From: Bacillota bacterium | Lineage (GTDB): Bacteria; Bacillota; Clostridia; Lutisporales; Lutisporaceae | Reading direction: 5' to 3' | DNA length: 27,022 nt | Assembly (NCBI GenBank): GCA_023405875.1 | Contig: JAEXXN010000336.1 | Span: forward strand, 1-27,022 | Made by a program: the position numbers and the translations under genes | The notes under the pieces: model-generated | The model's database searches: none | Seen by the model: only the letters and a program-made list of their open reading frames with translations | What the model was told of the DNA's origin: nothing | Shown: in pieces, positions 23,694-27,022 of the stretch | Layout: each line of letters starts with the position of its first letter | Numbering within the stretch: position 1 is the stretch's first letter

Positions 23694-23945
23694 AGTCACA
23701 CCTCCTCTGTATTATCAAAAATATTATTTGACTTCGAGAAGCAGTTTATACAAATATTAAATTGGGACACCTGATATAGACAAGTGCCAAGCGCTTTGCT
23801 TATGGTATAATATGGATAAGGCTGTTGTTGTTTGAGCAAAGAGAGCTGAGGAATCATATGAGAAATTCGATTTGAACAAGAATAAACATACTTAGGCTTT
23901 GTCGCAGTATAAGAGCTTATGGGGTAATTGAAAGGAGCAGGTCAA

Positions 23946-24497
23946 ATGCCGCAAAGTGAATTGCTTTCCTATAGTTTCAATAATGATGGGCATATAGAAT
24001 TCAGGCTGCTTTCACCGGATGATTCCATCGAAGAATTGACACGGCTTCTTAATAAATCATACAAGGCATTAGCCGATATGGGGCTTAATTATGTAGCGGC
24101 TACGCAGGACAGCAGCATAACAATAAAGAGGACGAGCTGCGCTTACAAGTGTTATGTAGGTATATATAAGGAAAAGATCGCCGCTACGATATCGCTGTAT
24201 GGTCCCGGACCTTCGGATAAAAGCAGTTGGTACAGCAAGGAGCATGTAGCCAAGTTTGGACAGTTTGCAGTTGCTCCCGAATTGCAAAAATACGGGATAG
24301 GCGGCAAAATGATGGATATCGTTGAGGAAGAGGCCGGAAGGATGAGAAATGTGAGGGAGCTTGCACTGGATACTGCTGAAACGGCATATCATTTAATTGG
24401 TTTTTATAAAAAAAGAGGATACAGATATGTAGAAACCATTCAGTGGGATGAAACAAATTATAAGAGCGTAGTATTAAGCAAGCTGCTGAATCCTTGA
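23946..24497 (+). CDS. GNAT N-acetyltransferase
   Basis: FAVAPELQKYGIGGKMM, LALDTAETA, FYKKRGY; SD GAAAGGAG. Confidence 0.85.
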   Translation: MPQSELLSYSFNNDGHIEFRLLSPDDSIEELTRLLNKSYKALADMGLNYVAATQDSSITIKRTSCAYKCYVGIYKEKIAATISLYGPGPSDKSSWYSKEHVAKFGQFAVAPELQKYGIGGKMMDIVEEEAGRMRNVRELALDTAETAYHLIGFYKKRGYRYVETIQWDETNYKSVVLSKLLNP

Positions 24498-24551
24498 ATA
24501 ACAAAGCAGGAGGGAAACAAAATCAAAGGAAATAAGTTTAAATATGCAGCA

Positions 24552-25268
24552 ATGGCGCTGATTGCAATTATACTTTTATTCGCATTATCCGCCTACACGG
24601 AATTCTGCGGCTACCCCTGGAAGCATTGGGAGATCAAGAAAGAGGCTGTTGACTATATGAAAAATAAATACGGCATGGAGGCAAAAGCGGTGTCAAGCTC
24701 CTTTAACTTCAAGTTTGATTACTATACTGCCGAGGTATATGACGTTAAGGACGCGGATAAAAGAATAATACGTGTGGAAAAACAAAGGTTTTATGATGAA
24801 AACGGACAAAGCCCCGGGGAGCGGTTGGAGGATAATTACTGCAAGGTTTATTGGGAGAACCGGATAAACAATGAGATACGGGAAAATTACCCGGAGCTTT
24901 GCAGTCATGAGGATATAGAAAAAATAAATATGGATATTGTATATTCAACCCTACCCCTGGAGGAAGGCGTCGGCTCCGATAAGGATGAAAATGGGGTGCT
25001 TATTCCTCTGAGCCCCAAGCTTGACGGTATTTTGGATATTGACCTCAAAACCCAGGATTTTTCTGACAGCTTTTTGAAGGAGCTTTTGTTTCTGATCAAT
25101 GCTCTTGGCGCTTCCGACACAAGGGTCGATTTGTTTGTAACCGGAAAAAATGAAGAGGCCGGTACGGGAGAAAGCAGGATAAGGACAAAGCTTATAGATA
25201 TAGAATGGGATAAGTATGAAGCCATTAAGACCGTTGAAGACCTGAAGGAAATAATAAGGGATTTTTAA
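24552..25268 (+). CDS. hypothetical membrane-anchored/secreted protein (start may be at 24522)
   Basis: N-terminal hydrophobic helix, then GYPW...AVDYMKNKY. Confidence 0.7.
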   Translation: MALIAIILLFALSAYTEFCGYPWKHWEIKKEAVDYMKNKYGMEAKAVSSSFNFKFDYYTAEVYDVKDADKRIIRVEKQRFYDENGQSPGERLEDNYCKVYWENRINNEIRENYPELCSHEDIEKINMDIVYSTLPLEEGVGSDKDENGVLIPLSPKLDGILDIDLKTQDFSDSFLKELLFLINALGASDTRVDLFVTGKNEEAGTGESRIRTKLIDIEWDKYEAIKTVEDLKEIIRDF

Positions 25269-25304
25269 TTTTGTTTAAATGTCCTGCCTGGCATCAGTGA
25301 CCTT

Positions 25305-25330
25305 AAAAACCTTGGTTCCCAAGGTTTTTT
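25305..25330 (+). terminator. terminator
   Basis: AAAAACCTTGG-TTC-CCAAGGTTTTTT. Confidence 0.7.
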
Positions 25331-25432
25331 GCATTGTTAAAATTTTTTATATTTTACAATATTAAATAATAATATATACTGTTCTATAATTGATAAAGAT
25401 GAGTGATAGCCATAGGCGGGAGGAAGGATTTT

Positions 25433-26635
25433 ATGAACAGTATTTTGGAAGAAGCAAAAGCCCTCCAGGAGGTAATAGTCAAGGACAGACGATATATACA
25501 TCAGAATGCCGAGCTTGGGCATGAGCTGCCGGTAACTGCGGCATATGTAACGAAAAGGCTTAAGGAGATGGGTTATGAGCCTGAGCTGATAGCCGCTTCG
25601 GCTATTGCAGCACTGGCAGGAGGCAAAAGGCCCGGTAAGACATTTCTTTTGAGAGCCGATATGGATGCACTTCCGATCATTGAGGAAAATGACCTGGAAT
25701 ACAGGTCAAAGACACCAAACATGCATGCCTGCGGCCATGATGCCCATGCTTCAATGCTTTTGGGAGCTGCGCAGCTGCTGAAGAAGCATGAGGACGAAAT
25801 AGAGGGAACTGTAAAATTGATGTTCCAGCCTGCAGAGGAGCAACTGTCGGGAGCTAAAGCCATGGTTGAGGCAGGGGTCCTGGAAAATCCCAGGGTGGAC
25901 GCAGCGGCTATGGTCCATATATTCTCGGGTATGCCTGTACCGGCCGGGACGTTGATTGTTCCCGAAGGAGGATATGTTTCTTCCTCTGCCGATATGTTCC
26001 GTATAGATATCAAGGGGAAAGGCGGCCATGGAGCAATGCCGCAGGATACTGTAGACCCTTTGAATGTTGCGGCCCATATACATACGGCTTTGCAGGAAGT
26101 AATAGCAAGGGAAGTACCGCCATCCAGCACGACGGTTATAACCATTGGCCAGATGCACGGGGGCAATGCGGCAAATATAATCCCCGACACAGCATTTATA
26201 GAAGGGACCATCAGGGCGTTTAACAGTGATGAGAGAAACCTGATGAAAAACCGTGTTGTCGAGGTAGCCAAAGGCATAGCTGCCGCCTTCAGGGCCTCCG
26301 CAGCCGTAGAATACAGGATGGAGTGCCCTTCGGTCTATAATGATCCCGGGCTCTATGAGCAGCTTGCCGGAATAAACAGGGAGCTTCTGGGGGAGGACAG
26401 GATCAAGAGCTTTGACGCAGTATATCCCGGAGGCAGGATGACGGGCTCGGAGGATTTCGGATATATAAGCGAAAGGGTTCCTGCCGTAATGATGGTATTG
26501 GGCGGCGGGTCACCCGAGGAGGGGTATCCGTACCCGCAGCATCACCCTAAAATCAATTTCGACGAGGATGTATTCTATATAGGCTCGGCAGTATATGCAA
26601 ATACTGCAATGGAATGGCTGAAGAACAACAGGTAG
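25433..26635 (+). CDS. M20D-family amidohydrolase
   Basis: LRADMDALP, MHACGHD, FQPAEE, GKGGHGA, GSEDF, HHP. Confidence 0.92.
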   Translation: MNSILEEAKALQEVIVKDRRYIHQNAELGHELPVTAAYVTKRLKEMGYEPELIAASAIAALAGGKRPGKTFLLRADMDALPIIEENDLEYRSKTPNMHACGHDAHASMLLGAAQLLKKHEDEIEGTVKLMFQPAEEQLSGAKAMVEAGVLENPRVDAAAMVHIFSGMPVPAGTLIVPEGGYVSSSADMFRIDIKGKGGHGAMPQDTVDPLNVAAHIHTALQEVIAREVPPSSTTVITIGQMHGGNAANIIPDTAFIEGTIRAFNSDERNLMKNRVVEVAKGIAAAFRASAAVEYRMECPSVYNDPGLYEQLAGINRELLGEDRIKSFDAVYPGGRMTGSEDFGYISERVPAVMMVLGGGSPEEGYPYPQHHPKINFDEDVFYIGSAVYANTAMEWLKNNR

Positions 26636-26661
26636 TGCTATGAAAGGGATTGTTCACAAAT

Positions 26662-26723
26662 AGAAGAATGTGCAACAAACGGAACGGTTACGAACCGTTC
26701 CGTCCTATATTGCACATCCTTTT
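26662..26723. repeat. palindromic element related to 212-320, between convergent genes
   Basis: AAGAATGTGCAACAA-ACGGAACGG-TTACGAA-CCGTTCCGT-CCTATA-TTGCACATCCTT. Confidence 0.65.
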
Positions 26724-26729
26724 TAACCG

Positions 26730-27022
26730 CTAATGATTTTTCAGATATTCTTCGGCACAGTAGGCATATAAGGCTGCACCCTGAGGAAGCACCTTTTCGT
26801 TTACAATCATTCCCGGATTGTGCATGGAGCAGCTGTGTCCCTCCGCTATACTGCCTGCGCCGAGATTCAGCATGACGGAAGGCACCAGCCCTGCAACCTC
26901 GGTGAAATCCTCGGTCCCGGAAGCTGCGGGGACCTCCGTTACCTTATCCTCCCCGAGGAATTCCCTGCAATATTGCGAGATTTCTTCACTCATAGCCGGG
27001 TCGTTGTAGAGAGGTCCCATTC
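26730..27022 (-). CDS. M20-family amidohydrolase, C-terminal part (5'-truncated by window)
   Basis: PLYNDP, GTEDF, MHNP, GAALYA; paralogous to the end of 25433-26635. Confidence 0.85.
   Translation of the reverse strand, partial: MGPLYNDPAMSEEISQYCREFLGEDKVTEVPAASGTEDFTEVAGLVPSVMLNLGAGSIAEGHSCSMHNPGMIVNEKVLPQGAALYAYCAEEYLKNH

Noticed and set aside
23580..23774. 64-aa plus-strand ORF
   Set aside because: Overlaps the better-supported minus-strand DUF1540 gene
6397..27022. Duplicated tRNA 3' end (att site) marking the right border of the island
   Set aside because: No copy of CCCTCCGGGCACACCA found by eye; the border is undefined and a computed search could still find a degenerate one

Overview
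Chromosomal window of a clostridial-type (Bacillota) bacterium. Left part (1-6400) is core-like: M1 peptidase end, butyrate kinase, DUF4097 membrane protein, HAD phosphatase, an ECF sigma / ZAS anti-sigma / Zn-finger membrane protein operon, a UGA-interrupted CC/Se-motif selenoprotein missed by the ORF track, and tRNA-Arg(ACG). Directly after the tRNA is a visibly AT-rich decayed island (~6400-12450). It holds two broken tyrosine-integrase fragments, an NLR-like HEPN-STAND NTPase-helical repeat protein, and an overlapping pol-beta-type nucleotidyltransferase + DUF262 gene pair bracketed by identical 26-bp repeats. These are the best candidates for an undescribed anti-phage system. A mosaic accessory region follows: a CadC/HMA/CadA-type metal efflux cassette between two inverted MITE-like copies, SLH and secreted proteins, TetR-MATE, cyclase, DUF1540, GNATs and two M20 amidohydrolases. 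At least four families of small palindromic or MITE-like repeats are present. All calls come from motif reading only; no database searches were run.
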